Assembly (NCBI RefSeq): GCF_000372725.1
Contig: NW_005202176.1
Location: 42,240 to 106,239 of the forward strand
Length of the DNA: 64,000 nt
Direction of reading: 5' to 3'
Source of the DNA: Emiliania huxleyi CCMP1516
Taxonomy: Eukaryota
A model generated the notes under the pieces. It saw only the letters and a program-made list of their open reading frames with translations, made no database searches and was not told where the DNA came from. Positions 35,584-48,200 of this stretch are shown here, in pieces (the first letter of the stretch is position 1; the number at the start of each line of letters is the position of its first letter). Both the position numbers and the translations under genes were made by a program.

Positions 35584-37740
35584 TCAGAAAAGAGAGGTAA
35601 AGGAACACTCCGGGCCTTCGTAACCGAAAGGTGAGCTGAAGTGCTCAAGAGTATCTGCGTCGTACTTGAGATCGCAATCTAACAAATCGCTCGTGGCGGG
35701 TGTCTCGTGGAACGGTGCATTCATTAGCACCTCGTACGGCGACATTGCATTGATCACTCGACATAGATCAGACCGGATCTGAGCCTTCAACTCCCTAATC
35801 TGTGGAGGGTCGAAAATATGCTCCATAGAACGTTCGAGCATATTTTTCTTCCACTCTTTCTCGTCTTTCGCTTTGAGTAGCTCTTTGAGCTCGGCAACGC
35901 GAGCATGACCGTTGAAGAACCGTTGAAGGAGCGCGTCGTACGCATATTGGTAGGGCAGCTGTGGGAATCCGTCACAAGCTACGTCACCTTCTTTGATCTC
36001 TTCAACACTGAGCGATCGGAAGAGGTCTTCTGACACGCACCGCAGCCCCCGCTCCGACCTTCGGATCTCAAAGTCCGTGATTCCGTGTTCCAAAGCCGCC
36101 CTTGAATCCAATTCCGTACGTGGCTTTTCCAATTGAGATAATTCCGTATTCCAATTCAAAGCCCGTAATTCCGCAATCCTAACACGCACCGCAGCCAACC
36201 GATGCTCTTGCGGTCTCAACCTGTGCATGTCGAGCCATTCTTCCGGTGAAAATTCACTCCAAGGTTGTGGTGCATTCATTAGCACCTCGTACGGCGACAT
36301 TGCATCGACTTCTCGTCGCAGGTCAGATAGTATCGACGCACTCAGATCCTCAATTTGTGAATTCAGCTCCTCGATCTGTTCCTCTCGGGCCTGCTCTCTC
36401 TCTTCTAAATCCTTGCGAGTGAACGAATAGTGGCTGCAGCCTCTGAGCATGGCCCTGAGCTCTGAGTCCCGCTCATGGCTACGGCACATGCGGTCCAGAA
36501 GCGAGTCGTACGCGAACTGGAAGGGCAGCTGCGGGAATCCCTCACACGTAATGTTGTTCTTTCGGATCAGATCCGCATCGAGTCTCCTGTACACGTCTTC
36601 TGACACACACCGCAACGGCCATTTGTTCTCCTTGCAGAAGGTTTGGTACCCCCAACTGGCGCGCCACTCACGCAAGAGGTCGTCCGTGAGGACCAAGGTG
36701 CCTGGTCGTTGATGAATTCCCCCCATGATGATGCAGAAATAGCTGCCTGGGACTCGTCGTTGCTCTTCAAACCAGTTCTGCATTGCCTCAGACTCATGAG
36801 TGATGCGGTCACTCGTCTCTGTCAACCTGGCCATCATTGGCTGTCCCTGCTCCATGTATGTCCTCCATGCAACATCGCGACGGTTGACCTTGACGATCTC
36901 CTCTCGTCCATTCAAGAGAAACACCCGAACTCCCTGCACCAAATGTCCATCGACGAACTCCCCGTCATGGAACTCTCCGTTGCTGAACTTGACGCATCCC
37001 CTCCCAGTGAACTCGAGAAATGATCCCTCCCGTTTCCAGTGGCCGTCGTAGCACCTCACGCGGATTTCGTCCGACCGGTGGTCTTCTTCGAGATACATTC
37101 TCGCTCCTCTGCCAAAGAGGCCTCGTATAAATACCTCGTCGATGAAATGCCGATCGAGATCGGCCTTCTTGGCTCCCATCTCCTGTAGCTTGACAATACG
37201 TTGCGCATTCTCCCGCTGAACCTGCTGCATATCGACAGGAATCTTGCCGCCGAGCGTTGACGGTGGCTCCCGTACGCTGTACTGGATGGTCGCTGACGGG
37301 GGCGGCCGTCTCCCGAGCACCTTCTCCCACGCACTCAAAAGACGCTCCCTGACTCCGCTGGCCGAGGAATTCAGCACCAACCAGGTGAGGTTGGCCAGCT
37401 GAAAGAAGAGTTGGATTGTCGGCGTCTTGAAAGACTGCGAGCGCGCTGAGCTATGCTGCTGCTGTCTCTGCTTCTCTCGCCGGTCGCCGTCGTCGGGCGG
37501 CCGCTGGCGTGCAGTGCGGTCTCGGCTCTGCTCATGGACCTTTTTCTGTGCCTTTAGGCGCTCTGCCATCAGCTTCCTGCGGGCGTCTCGCTCCTGCTCC
37601 CATCGGGCGTGATCGGCACTGAAGGCGGCCGCGTTCGCGTACGGCCTGCCCGGCCCGATTTCCTCCTGCCGTGGCTCGGCCCGAAGCTTGTCCGGCAGGG
37701 GAGGCACGTGGATGGTCGAGGGGCCGGCACCGGCCGACAT
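35584..37740 (-). CDS. Intronless 718-aa hypothetical protein with a MORN-like segment and a duplicated C-terminal domain
   Basis: Long ORF in visibly lower-GC DNA; YDGHWK..GRGCVKFSNGEFHDGEFVDG; LRCVSED...GFPQLP.Q.AYD.LL and AMSPYEVLMNAP each occur twice. Confidence 0.75.
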   Translation of the reverse strand: MSAGAGPSTIHVPPLPDKLRAEPRQEEIGPGRPYANAAAFSADHARWEQERDARRKLMAERLKAQKKVHEQSRDRTARQRPPDDGDRREKQRQQQHSSARSQSFKTPTIQLFFQLANLTWLVLNSSASGVRERLLSAWEKVLGRRPPPSATIQYSVREPPSTLGGKIPVDMQQVQRENAQRIVKLQEMGAKKADLDRHFIDEVFIRGLFGRGARMYLEEDHRSDEIRVRCYDGHWKREGSFLEFTGRGCVKFSNGEFHDGEFVDGHLVQGVRVFLLNGREEIVKVNRRDVAWRTYMEQGQPMMARLTETSDRITHESEAMQNWFEEQRRVPGSYFCIIMGGIHQRPGTLVLTDDLLREWRASWGYQTFCKENKWPLRCVSEDVYRRLDADLIRKNNITCEGFPQLPFQFAYDSLLDRMCRSHERDSELRAMLRGCSHYSFTRKDLEEREQAREEQIEELNSQIEDLSASILSDLRREVDAMSPYEVLMNAPQPWSEFSPEEWLDMHRLRPQEHRLAAVRVRIAELRALNWNTELSQLEKPRTELDSRAALEHGITDFEIRRSERGLRCVSEDLFRSLSVEEIKEGDVACDGFPQLPYQYAYDALLQRFFNGHARVAELKELLKAKDEKEWKKNMLERSMEHIFDPPQIRELKAQIRSDLCRVINAMSPYEVLMNAPFHETPATSDLLDCDLKYDADTLEHFSSPFGYEGPECSFTSLF

Positions 37741-39382
37741 GCATGGAGGGCGAACGCGCGACCAAATTTTCGGGCGGACAAACCGCGCGGGCTGCTACTT
37801 TCAATGATAGGGAAGCGATTGCGCGAAATCCCACACTGGTGGATTTTGTCTGCCCTCTAGCCCCCCGCCCCCCCCACTCGGCCGAGAGAGAGTTCCCGCA
37901 GGCAGAGAAGACTAATCCTGGGGGAAGCAACTCCAGACGCGCTCGATCGAGCTGGTTCTCCATAAAAAAAGTAATATATCTTTACTTCCAAAACCCGGAC
38001 GTGCCTCCACCGGCACGCCGCTTCCGACAGGGTGATGGAAGGTTCGACGCACCCCCGGACTGGGCAGAGAGATCCCAGTGCATCTGCGCTGGGCTGTCCA
38101 CCCCGCCCCCACTTGCCCTGACTGCACAGGATAGCGTGCCCCGACAAACGGCGACACATAGCGGGGGACACTGCGCCGGGGGGTATGCCTAACTTTGGTG
38201 CTTTGTGTGGGTCGCGTTCCCATGGTAGTTGTGTGGCTGAAGCCCTCGTGCCGCTGGCTTGCCCCTTCCAGCGGCTGGCCCCTCGAGACTGTCGGTGCTT
38301 GGCGGGAGGAGGGGGAGAGGGAGGCCCGGTGGGAGGAGAGGGAGAGGGAGGCCCGGTGGGAGGGGAGGAGAGGGAGGCCGCCTTGGGCTCTTCTCCTCCC
38401 CCCTCCCTAGGCTCTTCTCCTCTCCCCACCCTGGGCTCTTCTCCCCTCCTCCCTGGTACTCTCGGCCTGATTACCGGAGCGACTGCTGGAGCAGACGCTG
38501 GGGGGACACTCACGCCCGGAGGCGGTACGCACGACCCGGAGGCGTGGGGATGGGGGGGGGCCGCGCCGCCGCCGCCGTGCCGCCTTCTCCCGCTTTGACC
38601 TCCCCCTGAATGCCTTTGCAAGAACCGCCAGCGGCGGTGGTTGAGCCGTTCGCGGTTCGAGCGGGGACCTTTTGGCTCCCGGATCGAAACTCGGGTGGGG
38701 GTTGCTTCGCGGTAGCGAACGCGAGCGGCGTGAGCGCGTGCGTGTGCGCGTGCGCGGCTGCAAGGCGAGGCGCAGGCGCTGGCGCAGGGGTAGGCAAGGC
38801 GAGGCGGGCGGCGGCGGCGCGCGATAATTCCTTTTGCCCGGGTGAGGCGTGGCGAGCGCGTCGCGCGGTGATGACGCCGCACGCGGAGAAGCTCTTGGTG
38901 ACCCACCGCGGTGGCAGCGAGCCAAAGCAAGCCACCTGCCGCATGACGGGTTGACCTCGAAAAAGAATTTTTTCACCTGGTTCTCCATAATTATCTTTAC
39001 ATTTTCTTGCGACGGGTTGCCGGCTCGCATTCCATGAAAATGAACACACATGTGTGATGTGTGTGTCTCCTCCGCAACAGCTACTACTGTATAAAGTCGG
39101 AAGTATGGGACACTCTCGCTCGCGGATCCTGCTCTAGGTCTAGCCCGCTGTGTGGACGCGCTGGTCTCCTCTAGCCCCTCCGCGTGGGCGAAGGCGTGGC
39201 CAGAGCGTGGTCCAAAGAGAGCAAGCCTGTAGGTCGGGCGGGACACTAGCGACCCTGGCCGGCCTTCCGGCGGCAACTAACGCCGCACACGAGCCAGGGG
39301 GAGCCCCGCCCCGTGGAGGGAGGGGAGGGAGGCTCTGACAGCAGCAGCTCGAGTCGGAGCCGGCGCCCCTCGCACTGCAGCC

Positions 39383-41873
39383 TTACTTGTTCAGGTTCCT
39401 CCACTTGTCCTTGAGGTGGACCTGGCGGCGTGGCGTCGTCGGGCGCGCGTCAATGACTCCCATGCGGCGCGGCGCGGCAAGCGGGAGGGAGGCGGGCGGG
39501 GGGCGGGCGGGCGGGCGGGCGGCGGGGAGGGTGGGACGGGTCGGCGCGCATTCGTGCGGTGCTTGTGGAACTTGAACTCGCGTAGGATGTCTGCCCAGCG
39601 TCCCTCGCCGTACTTTTGGTACCCCCGCTTGAGCTGCTCCACCTCCTCCGACGTCCACCGCAGCCGGCCGCACTTGGACTGCGGCTGCTTGCCGCCCGTG
39701 CGGGCCTGCTTGGCGACGGCGGGTCCGGGTCCGCCAGAGTCATCGCCGTCCGAGTCCTGCGCGCGGGTGCGCGCCACCGCTCAGCCAGAGGCGAGGGAGA
39801 GGGGCGGAGGGAGGAGGGGCGGAGGGAGGAGGGGCGGAGGGAGGTGGGAAGGGGAGAAGAGGGCAAAGGAGGGGCGGCGGGGGCGGCGCGGGAGGGGCGG
39901 CCTCGATCTCGCCCTGTATCTCGGCTGCATCTCGGCTGCATCTCGCCTCGATCTCGTCCTCGATCCGGTCGCCCGACTCGTTCCAAGGGATGCTCTTCCC
40001 GCGCCGCGTGCTGTGCACCGGGTCCGCAGCAGACGACGAGCCGCCGCCCCCTCGGCCCGTCTCTGGGCGGCCAGCCGCCGCACCGCCCGCCGCCGCACCG
40101 CCCGCCGCCGCACCGCCCGCCGCCGCGCCCGCCTTCCGCTTCCCCAGCGCCGTCGCCTCGGAGAGGGCGGCGGGCAGCGGGTCCACGACGCCGCGCGCCA
40201 GCCGGGCGGTGCCGCGCGCGAGCTCGGCCGCACTCCCACTCTGCGCCTCCTCCTCCCCCACCTCCTCCTCCGCCCCCGAGTCCCAGGCTCGGTCGGCGGC
40301 GGCTGCAGCGGCTGCGGCGGCCGCCGCCGCCCTGGCCGCCCTGGCCGCCCTGGCTGCCTTGGCTGCCGCCGCCTCGGCCGCCACCCTCTCCGCCTCGGCC
40401 GCCTCCGCCCTCCGCTCCGCCTGCCTCTGCTGCTGGAGGATGCGCGCCTTTGCCGCCTTCGCCGCCTCCGCCTCCTGCTCCTCCCTCAGCGCCGCCGCGC
40501 GCAGCTCCGCTGCCTTGGCCAGCTTCTCCGCCTCGATCCGGTCCAGGTCCGCCATCGACAGCTCCTCCACACTTCGCTGCCCCGCACCCCGCCCTGCACC
40601 CCGCCCCGCCCGCCCGCCGTCAGATGGGCCCGCCTCCGCCTCCGCCTCCGCCGCCGCGTCCGCGTCCGCGTCCGCGACCGCCTCCTCCGCCTCCGCAGGG
40701 GCCGCGCGTGCGCGTGCTTGCGCGCGCGCCCCGCGCACCGTCGGCGCCTCCTGTGGCGGGCGGGCCGCCTCGCCCTCGTCGGCGCCCTCCTCGTCGGCGC
40801 GGTCCTCGGCGCGGTCCTCGTCGGCGCGGTCCTCGTCGGCACCCTCCTTGTCGGCGCGGTCCTTGTCGGCGCAGTCCTCGCCCTCTCCGAGCTCGATGCT
40901 GATCAGCCGAGGGTGAGGCAGGAGAGGGCGGACGTGGTCGGAGAGGTACTCGTCGATCATGCCCTGCGGAGGAGGAGGAGGAGGGAGGAGGAGGGGAGGA
41001 GGGAGGAGGAGGGGAGGCGGGAGGGCGGTGGCGTGGTGGGCGGGCGGGCGGGCCAGGGGAGGGGAGAGGCGGCGGAGAGGAGGGGGAGGGGAGGGTGGGG
41101 GGAGGGGTGACGCGGATGGTGCGAGGCCGGTGGTGCGAGGCCGGTGGTGCGAGGCGTGGGGCGTGCGGTCGCAAGGCGGGGGTGGTGCGAGGGCCTGCAG
41201 GTGCTCGGCCGAGTGCCGCTGGAGGAGAGGGGCTGCCTTTGCAACCTGCGGGGGGGACACGGGAGGGAGGGCCGCGCCCGCGTCGCGTCGCACGCGGTGC
41301 GCCACGCTGCACACCCTCCGCTGCGGAGGACGCGGCACCTCCCCCTTGCACGCGCTCTCGAGCGCGTCGGTGAGGAGCCTCACGCACGACTTCTCCGCCT
41401 TGAAGCGCGGGCGGGAGAAGTGGCGGTCGAGGGCGCGCTTGCCCTCCCTCCAGCTGGCGGGCGTCGCGCGCAGGTGCTCCAGCACGACCTGGACGGCGCG
41501 GGGCGGGGTCGCGAGAGTTATGCGCAGCAGCGGCTGGGCCGGCTGCGGTGGCAGGCCCCGCCTGCATGCGCAGCTCCACCCGGAGGCCGACCAACGCTTC
41601 GGATGCGTCGTCGATGCCGAGGGACGCAACGAGCCTGTCGAGCGCACCCAGCGCTTCGCCGAGCGGCGTCGCGCCGGCGGAGACGGTCTGCAGCTGACGC
41701 ACCCGCTTCCAGTTCTCGGCGCGCGCGTCGGCGGGCTGCACGCCCCGCTGCTCGAGGAGGTCGGCCACGGCGCGGGGCATGGGCTCGCCGCGCCCCGACG
41801 AGCAGGCGAGCTCGTAGATGCCCGACAGCACACGCGAGGCGATGTCGGGGTCTTGGCGAGGCGGTTCGGCCAT
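39383..41873 (-). CDS. Telobox Myb-domain protein (TRF/TRFL-like telomere repeat binding factor), multi-exon
   Basis: C-terminal RWTSEEVEQLKRGYQKYGEGRWADIL...RTN|VHLKDKWRNL*; helical N-terminal region; acidic Ala-rich linker; internal exon borders partly uncertain. Confidence 0.8.
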
Positions 41874-42801
41874 CGGCTGCGCCTGAACCCGATGTCGTTC
41901 GATGTCGTTGGGAGTGCTGCCGCCAGCGCGCTCGTGTTTTCTTTTTTCAGTGATTCTTAACACCAAAAGGCACGGGCTGCCTGTGATGCACATGGCGCGG
42001 AGCAGCATCGGGTTGGTGTCGAACCCGAGCGGGTCCTCATCCCAATCCCGGCGCCCACCCTCCGCGTCGTCCTGCTCATCGTGCGCCGCTTCCTTTACTT
42101 CGACTTTACTTACTGCCACTGCGCCGCTGCACGCTGAGCTGCCGCCGCCGCCGCGGCTGCTCGCGGCCACGTGGCACGAGGCGGCGTTGGCAGCGGCGGC
42201 AAACAAAGCGTCGCGCGCGGTGCAGGGCAACTCAATCAATAAAGTAGACGGGGCCGCAAGTTGTTGTCATGGCAGCCACCATTGTAGCCAAACGAGTCGG
42301 CCAGCTGCGGCGGCCCAAGAGCGTCGGCAGCGTCTCGACCGTGCCAGAGCCCGTCTTGGGCAGTTAGGTTAGGTCTCCGGTGGGTGTCGGTCGTGAGCCT
42401 GACGCAATGAGACACGCTCCGCACCTCCGAAGCCTCCGAACGTTCGATTCGCCCCGTAACGTCTAACCGCCCGCCGCGCATAACTGACTCCTCATCACCT
42501 CCCTACCAACATACATAGGGAGGAAGGTGAAGAACAGTCAGGCTCGGACTGGACACCAACGCGGCACGCACAGACAAAGAAAACAGCGTTCGAAACCAAA
42601 TCAGCGCCAGTGTCGTGCCCAACGCGGTATGCGTATGGGTGGACGCGGGACAGATGATGACGACACGCACGAGCGACACACAGACACAAACAGGCTCACA
42701 AGACACACAGCCAGCTGGCTGCCACACACCCTGTCCCTGAGTGGGCGTACACATCACTCAGGGCCACGCCCCCCTCTCGCCCCCCCCAAAGCACACACGG
42801 A

Positions 42802-42952
42802 ACAAACATCACCTGGCAACCCTGTCTGCACGTCTCTCGCGCGCGCGAGAGAGAGTTGTTTTGTGTTTGCGCGCGCGTGAACAGGGCTCCACAGGCCCCA
42901 AATGACGTGTGAGTGTTAGAGTTGTTTGGTATTGCTAAAAATCTCTCTCTCA
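42802..42952 (+). repeat. Dispersed repeat; inverted partner at 51495-51603
   Basis: accctgtctgcacgtctc..gtgaacagggctcc..aggccccaaatgacgtgtgagtgttagagttgtttggtattgctaaaaatctctc is reverse-complemented at 51495-51594. Confidence 0.85.
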
Positions 42953-43475
42953 CACGGACGCCGGTGCCAAGGGCTCAAACAACAGCACACAAACACAGAC
43001 AGTAACGTGTGAGACTAGTCACTACTCGAGTAGAGCAGGCTTGCTCCGCCTCTAATCTCGTCGCCGGCCGCAAGGCACGGACAAGACCGTGCGTGTGTGG
43101 GGTCTTGTGAGCTGTCTATGGACGCCACCCTCTTCACAGGCTAGCGGCCAGCCGCTAGCCCTAAACTCGCACTCATGGGTGACGACAATTCATTGGATGA
43201 GTGTTTGCGAGCAGAAGCGCGTGTGCTGAATCTAGATCGCACGCCGTGGCATATCACATATGTATGACTTGGGTAGGCGTGCGACCGCAGCGCGCCGCCC
43301 GCCCGCCGTAAGCTCGACGGGGCGCGCGTGTCAGCTATAAGTTTGCCTGGAGAGCTATCCTGGTCTTTCCGAAGAACGAGCCCCGCGCCACGGGTGCCAG
43401 CCGTGCGAGGGTCGAAGGCGGTGTCGGTTGCAAAGTCACGCGCTTCCGCACGCGCCTCACCACACACGAACACAG

Positions 43476-44805
43476 ATGGCCAAGCGCGCCGCGCCCCGCC
43501 GCCGCCTCGCCGTTCCCTCCTCGCCGGCGGCCCTGCTCGACCTCCTCGACGACGAGGTCCTCATGCACCTCCTGCAGCAGGCGCCAGCCATCGACTTGGC
43601 GCGCGCGTGCTGCTGCTGCGCCAGGCTGCGCGCTGCGGCGAGCGGCGCGGCGGCCCTGCTGCTGCGGCGGCGCAAGCCCTCGCCCTTGCCGCCGCCCGGC
43701 ACGCCGTACAACCGCCTCCGCGCCCTCGGCACCGCCGAGGCGCTCGAGCGGCAGCTCGGCTGCCCGCGCTCGAGCGTGCGAGCCGGGTGGCGGGACGAGT
43801 ACGTCGCACTGCAGACGGAGGACTTTCGGCTCTACCAGCTGCTGACGGGCGAGGCGTGGGGCTCCGAGCACCTCGACTTTTGCGCCGAGTTCTTCGGCGC
43901 GGGCGGAGAGCGGTCGGTCGACGCGTGCCTCTCGGCCAACGCGGGCGACATCGAGTGGCGGGTTACCGTGGCCGGCTGGAGCAGGCAGCACGCAGAGGTG
44001 GTCACGCTGCTGATGACCTCGGGCGCCGCGATGAGCCGCTCCCTCAGCCGGATCAAGACGTTTGCGGGCCGGCCGCGATACAGGCTGCCGGTGGCGCTGG
44101 GCCGCCCGGTGCCCTTTCCGGCGTCTGTGTGGGCCGTGTGCGACGCACTGGCGGCGGCGGCGCTGCGCCAGTCCGGCCCCGCGCCGCCGCACCTCTACTC
44201 TCCCCTCTCGCTGCCGCCCGAGGCGTGGGGGACCGGGCCCGGATGCCTGCTAGAGGAGGACGCTGCGTGGGGCGGGGCTGCTGCGGAGGGCAGAGGCGGC
44301 GCCGCGCCTCCTCGGAGCTCTCTCGGGGCCTTGCCGTAGGCGCGCTGCTGCGGAGGAAGGCGAAGGCCGGGCTCACGCTACGGACGCGCTCCTTTGTCAA
44401 CGCCGAGGAGGCGTCGCGGTACGCGCTCGGCTCGGGCGAGGGGTTCCTGATCCACAACGACGAGAGTGAGACGCCGGTGAGCAAGGGACGTGTGCCGGAA
44501 AGAGAGGGTCCGCCCAGGGTCGACCCCCGCCCCTGCACCTCGCACGGCGCCTCTCCCCCTCCCGCCAGGTGCACGCGTCCGAGGTTGTCCGCTTCGTCAA
44601 CCGGCGCGCCGACGCGCGCGGCTTCCACTCGCTCATCCAGGATGCCCCCGGGGAGGGGCTGCGCAGCAGGAGCGGGCCCGGCTACACGCTTCCGCCCTTT
44701 GCGACGGTCGTGCTCGAGCGGGTCGACGCGCCGGGCGAGTGGCGCCTCTACGGCAAGGAAATGCGCTGCCGCCTCTTCACCTGCTCCGTCACCTACTCGC
44801 TCTGA
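43476..44805 (+). CDS. F-box-like protein with an uncharacterised C-terminal domain; introns 44272-44339 and ~44477-44568
   Basis: LLDLLDDEVLMHLL...DLARACCCCARLR; splicing joins to ..YTLPPFATVVLERVDAPGEWRLYGKEMRCRLFTCSVTYSL*. Confidence 0.65.
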
Positions 44806-45205
44806 CCGCAGCCCCCCCTGCAAAGAGGGCGAGATGGCGCTTGGTTTTTGCTTATTTTGTGCTGTAAGTCGTGCTAGTGGCATGATTCGTCTCGCTCCGC
44901 TTCGCAACGAGTATTTGGGTGCAGTGTGTCATCGCGAGTTGTGCGGGGACTGCGGTGTGACATGTGTAAGTCGGGGTAAGCTATGTGACACAGACACACT
45001 TTCACTTGACACACACGGTGATTTTCACACAACACGTCGCGCGAAGAGTGAAACCCCCCAAAAGCGTAGTCTCATTCACGGGACCTTCAAGAGGCACAGC
45101 TCACAAGCAGATCACCCTTCGTAGCGCACGCAAGCCGTACAGTACTCTAGATACTGCTCTGCATAGAACACATATTAGGTGTAGATACACATACACACAC
45201 CAGCT

Positions 45206-48200
45206 ACGCCTGCCGACGGACCGATGCTCACGCGGGATAGGCACACGATGGGCGAGCCCGGGGCGGTGGGGACGCTTTATGACGAGGCGTACAAGAGGCT
45301 GGGTAGGCCAGGGTGCGACGGGGCGCGGCTGAGGGAGGCACACCGCCGGCTCGAGAGAGCGCGGGACGACATGCTCAACCCAGAAAAACAACGAGAAGTT
45401 AGGGAGGAGTGGAAGCGGGAGGGATGGACGCGGCACGTAACATCGACATTGCGATGCGCGATCGACGCGAGCGCGCTAGAGGCCTACGCCGCCAGGCCAG
45501 AGGCCAACGTGGTGCCCGTTGATAAGCACGGGGTGCCGTATCGTGGCACGGAGCGGGAGATGATACAGAAGCTGCTTGGGAAGGCGTGTAGACGGGCCGG
45601 AGCGCGATGGGCGACCGTCGTCGTGAGATACTGGTACGGACATATGGGGGCGGCGCTGGTCGACGCAGGGCTTGTGAGCACGTCGAGGGAATACGCGGTA
45701 CCGCCGGACCGTGACGTCGATCCGTTTGCGCTGCCACGCCGACTCCGGACGCTGGCCCTCGGCCCGTTCCACGACTTTGATGATGCTGCGGCGCACCCGC
45801 GAGCGCGAGTGCAGATGGTGGGGCCGGGGAGCGGCGTGACAAAGCAATTCCTGAGCAACAGGGAGGAAATCCTAAGCAGCATGGGGGCGGCCTTGTTCCA
45901 GGGAGAGGGGCGGCGGGAGAGACGTGCGCGGGTGAAGACGCTCTTCGCCTCGATCGACATGGACGGGAATGTGGCGACGTGGGCGGAGAGGTGGGGGTTG
46001 GACAAGGGCAAACTGAAGCAGACAAGGGTAGCACTAGAGGGCGGAGGCTCCTTTGACTTTGGGGCGTACCTTCAGGCGCAAGCCGAGGGCACGCTCTGGC
46101 TGAGCAACAGCCTGGAGGAGAGGACGGGAATGACCCGCTTTGTCACGGATTGGCTTGCGCACCACAAGCCAGGGAAGGGGCACCCGGAACGCACAGTCAA
46201 ATCGTTCGCCTTTCAGGAGGCGGAGAGTATCAGCCGAAGGGCGAAGGTGCGTTGGGCCGCGCGCAACGGCCACGCAGTGCTGTCGTTGCAGCACGACGGT
46301 ATAGTCGTAGCGGTCAAGAGAGGGAGTGACGCCGGCGACGTGGCGGAACAGATGGCGAGTGCGAGTGAGGAGGCGCTCGGATACCGGCAGCCGTGCGAGC
46401 TAAAAGAGCAAGAGCCGCCGAGCGGAGTAGCGAGACCGCAGCTGGCGACACGCGATGAGGTGGGAGGGGTAGTGCCGGGGCTAGGAGAGATGGAGGGCCC
46501 GCCCCCGAGGCACGGCGCGTGGGTAAGAGACGCCGAACTCCAGGAGGATCCGCTTACGCGCTTCCTACTGCGGTGGGACGAATTTGAGGTCGGGACACGG
46601 GCGCTGTCCGACAGAAACGGGACGCAGGTCATGATGGGCAAGGATAAAGAGCCGCTCGGCTCGGGGAAGGGCCGTGAGCTCAATGCGGAGGTGGCCAGGA
46701 TATGCCTCGCGCTGCACAGAGCGCGGCCATTCACGCACCTCGCTGCGACGGATGGAGGGAGAGACACGCCGAATAAGTGGGTGGGGGATAGGTTCGTGCC
46801 GCAACCAGTTGTGTCGTACGGGGTGTACGAAGGGCCGGCCCGATTCGGGAGACCCGTCGAGGGATCTGGACAGCTCGAAGGGGGGGACGATGAGCTGCGG
46901 CTCGCGTTTGGGCAGGGGCTGTGGGGCGGCAGACTGCCGGACGACTGGCAGGTGATAGACGCGGAAATGTACGCGGTGCTGGCTTACCTGCGTAAGATGG
47001 CAACGGCGGAGGATGCGGCGGACAGGAGGTGCCTCGTCTTGAGCGACTGCAAGCCCGCGCTACAGCAGATCGAGGCGGCGTACCGAAAAGGCTCTCTCGA
47101 GGGGCTCCGGGAGTGGGATCGAGGGGCTCAGTTAGAGGGGATATGCAGATATCGCGCCCAGCTCGAATCCGTCACGTTCCTGTGGGTACCGAGCCACGCG
47201 GGGTGCGCTGGCAACGCCTATGCCGACGCCGCGGCGACGGCATACATGGGGGCCAGCGAGATTGAGGATGCCACCGCCGTCATCCGTGAAGCAGTGAGAA
47301 CGCGCCCGTGTCTGTACACGGACCGCCGGAGGACGGCAGACAGAGAGGGGGGGCGGGAGGTACTGGACCGGAGGACCTATTACGCCACACGCGGCCACAC
47401 GAACGAGTGGGTGCGAGGACGGCTCGGCGAGGGGCTCACGGCTGGGTCGCACACGGCAGGGGTGACAGGGCCGCTGTGGAGCGATGTGGTCAGGGGAACG
47501 ACGAGACACAAATGGGACAAGCGCCAGCGGATCAAGGATCAGCACGGCGAGCGCGAGATTGATTTCGCCGACGTGGATGACCACAACGTGGTGACAAAGA
47601 CCGTCATGGGAGCGCGGGTGCGGCAGCAGGCGGGGGTGCCACACGGAACGCACCACGAGAGGATCATGCGGGGAGAGGCGGGGAGGGAGACCCCGGGCGC
47701 AGCCACAAGGAGCGAACTCAGGGGCTGCCTCGTCTGTAAGGCCGCGAGGGACGCGGCGAGGAGGGCAGCACTAAAGCGGGACCCGCTGTGTCCGATCGTG
47801 CGGAAAGCCGCGCAGCAATGGACCGAGGAAGATGAGAACCCGCCTAGAGCGACAATGGCGCACGTGCTTAGCGGCGCCTGCCTGGGGAATAGGGAGCAGG
47901 CCAGATGGTTCCTCAGAGTAGCGCGAGCGCAGACAGGGACGGCGATCAGCAAAGTGGCACAGGCGGCACCCGACTCCAAGGATACGCTGAAGACGCTGAG
48001 GATGGCGCATGTCGCTGCGCTGAAGGGCTCACGCTACAGGGTGCTGGACGAGGACGGGTACGATACACTAGCCCCCGCAGTCGGGGGGGTGTTGCCAGCA
48101 CTGGTAGATGACCTCTCGGAGAAGAGCCGAAGGGACCTTGGCACCGGGGTCACGAGGAACCTGCAAGTCGTGGCCGAGGCGGCGACGGGAGCGGTGCAGA

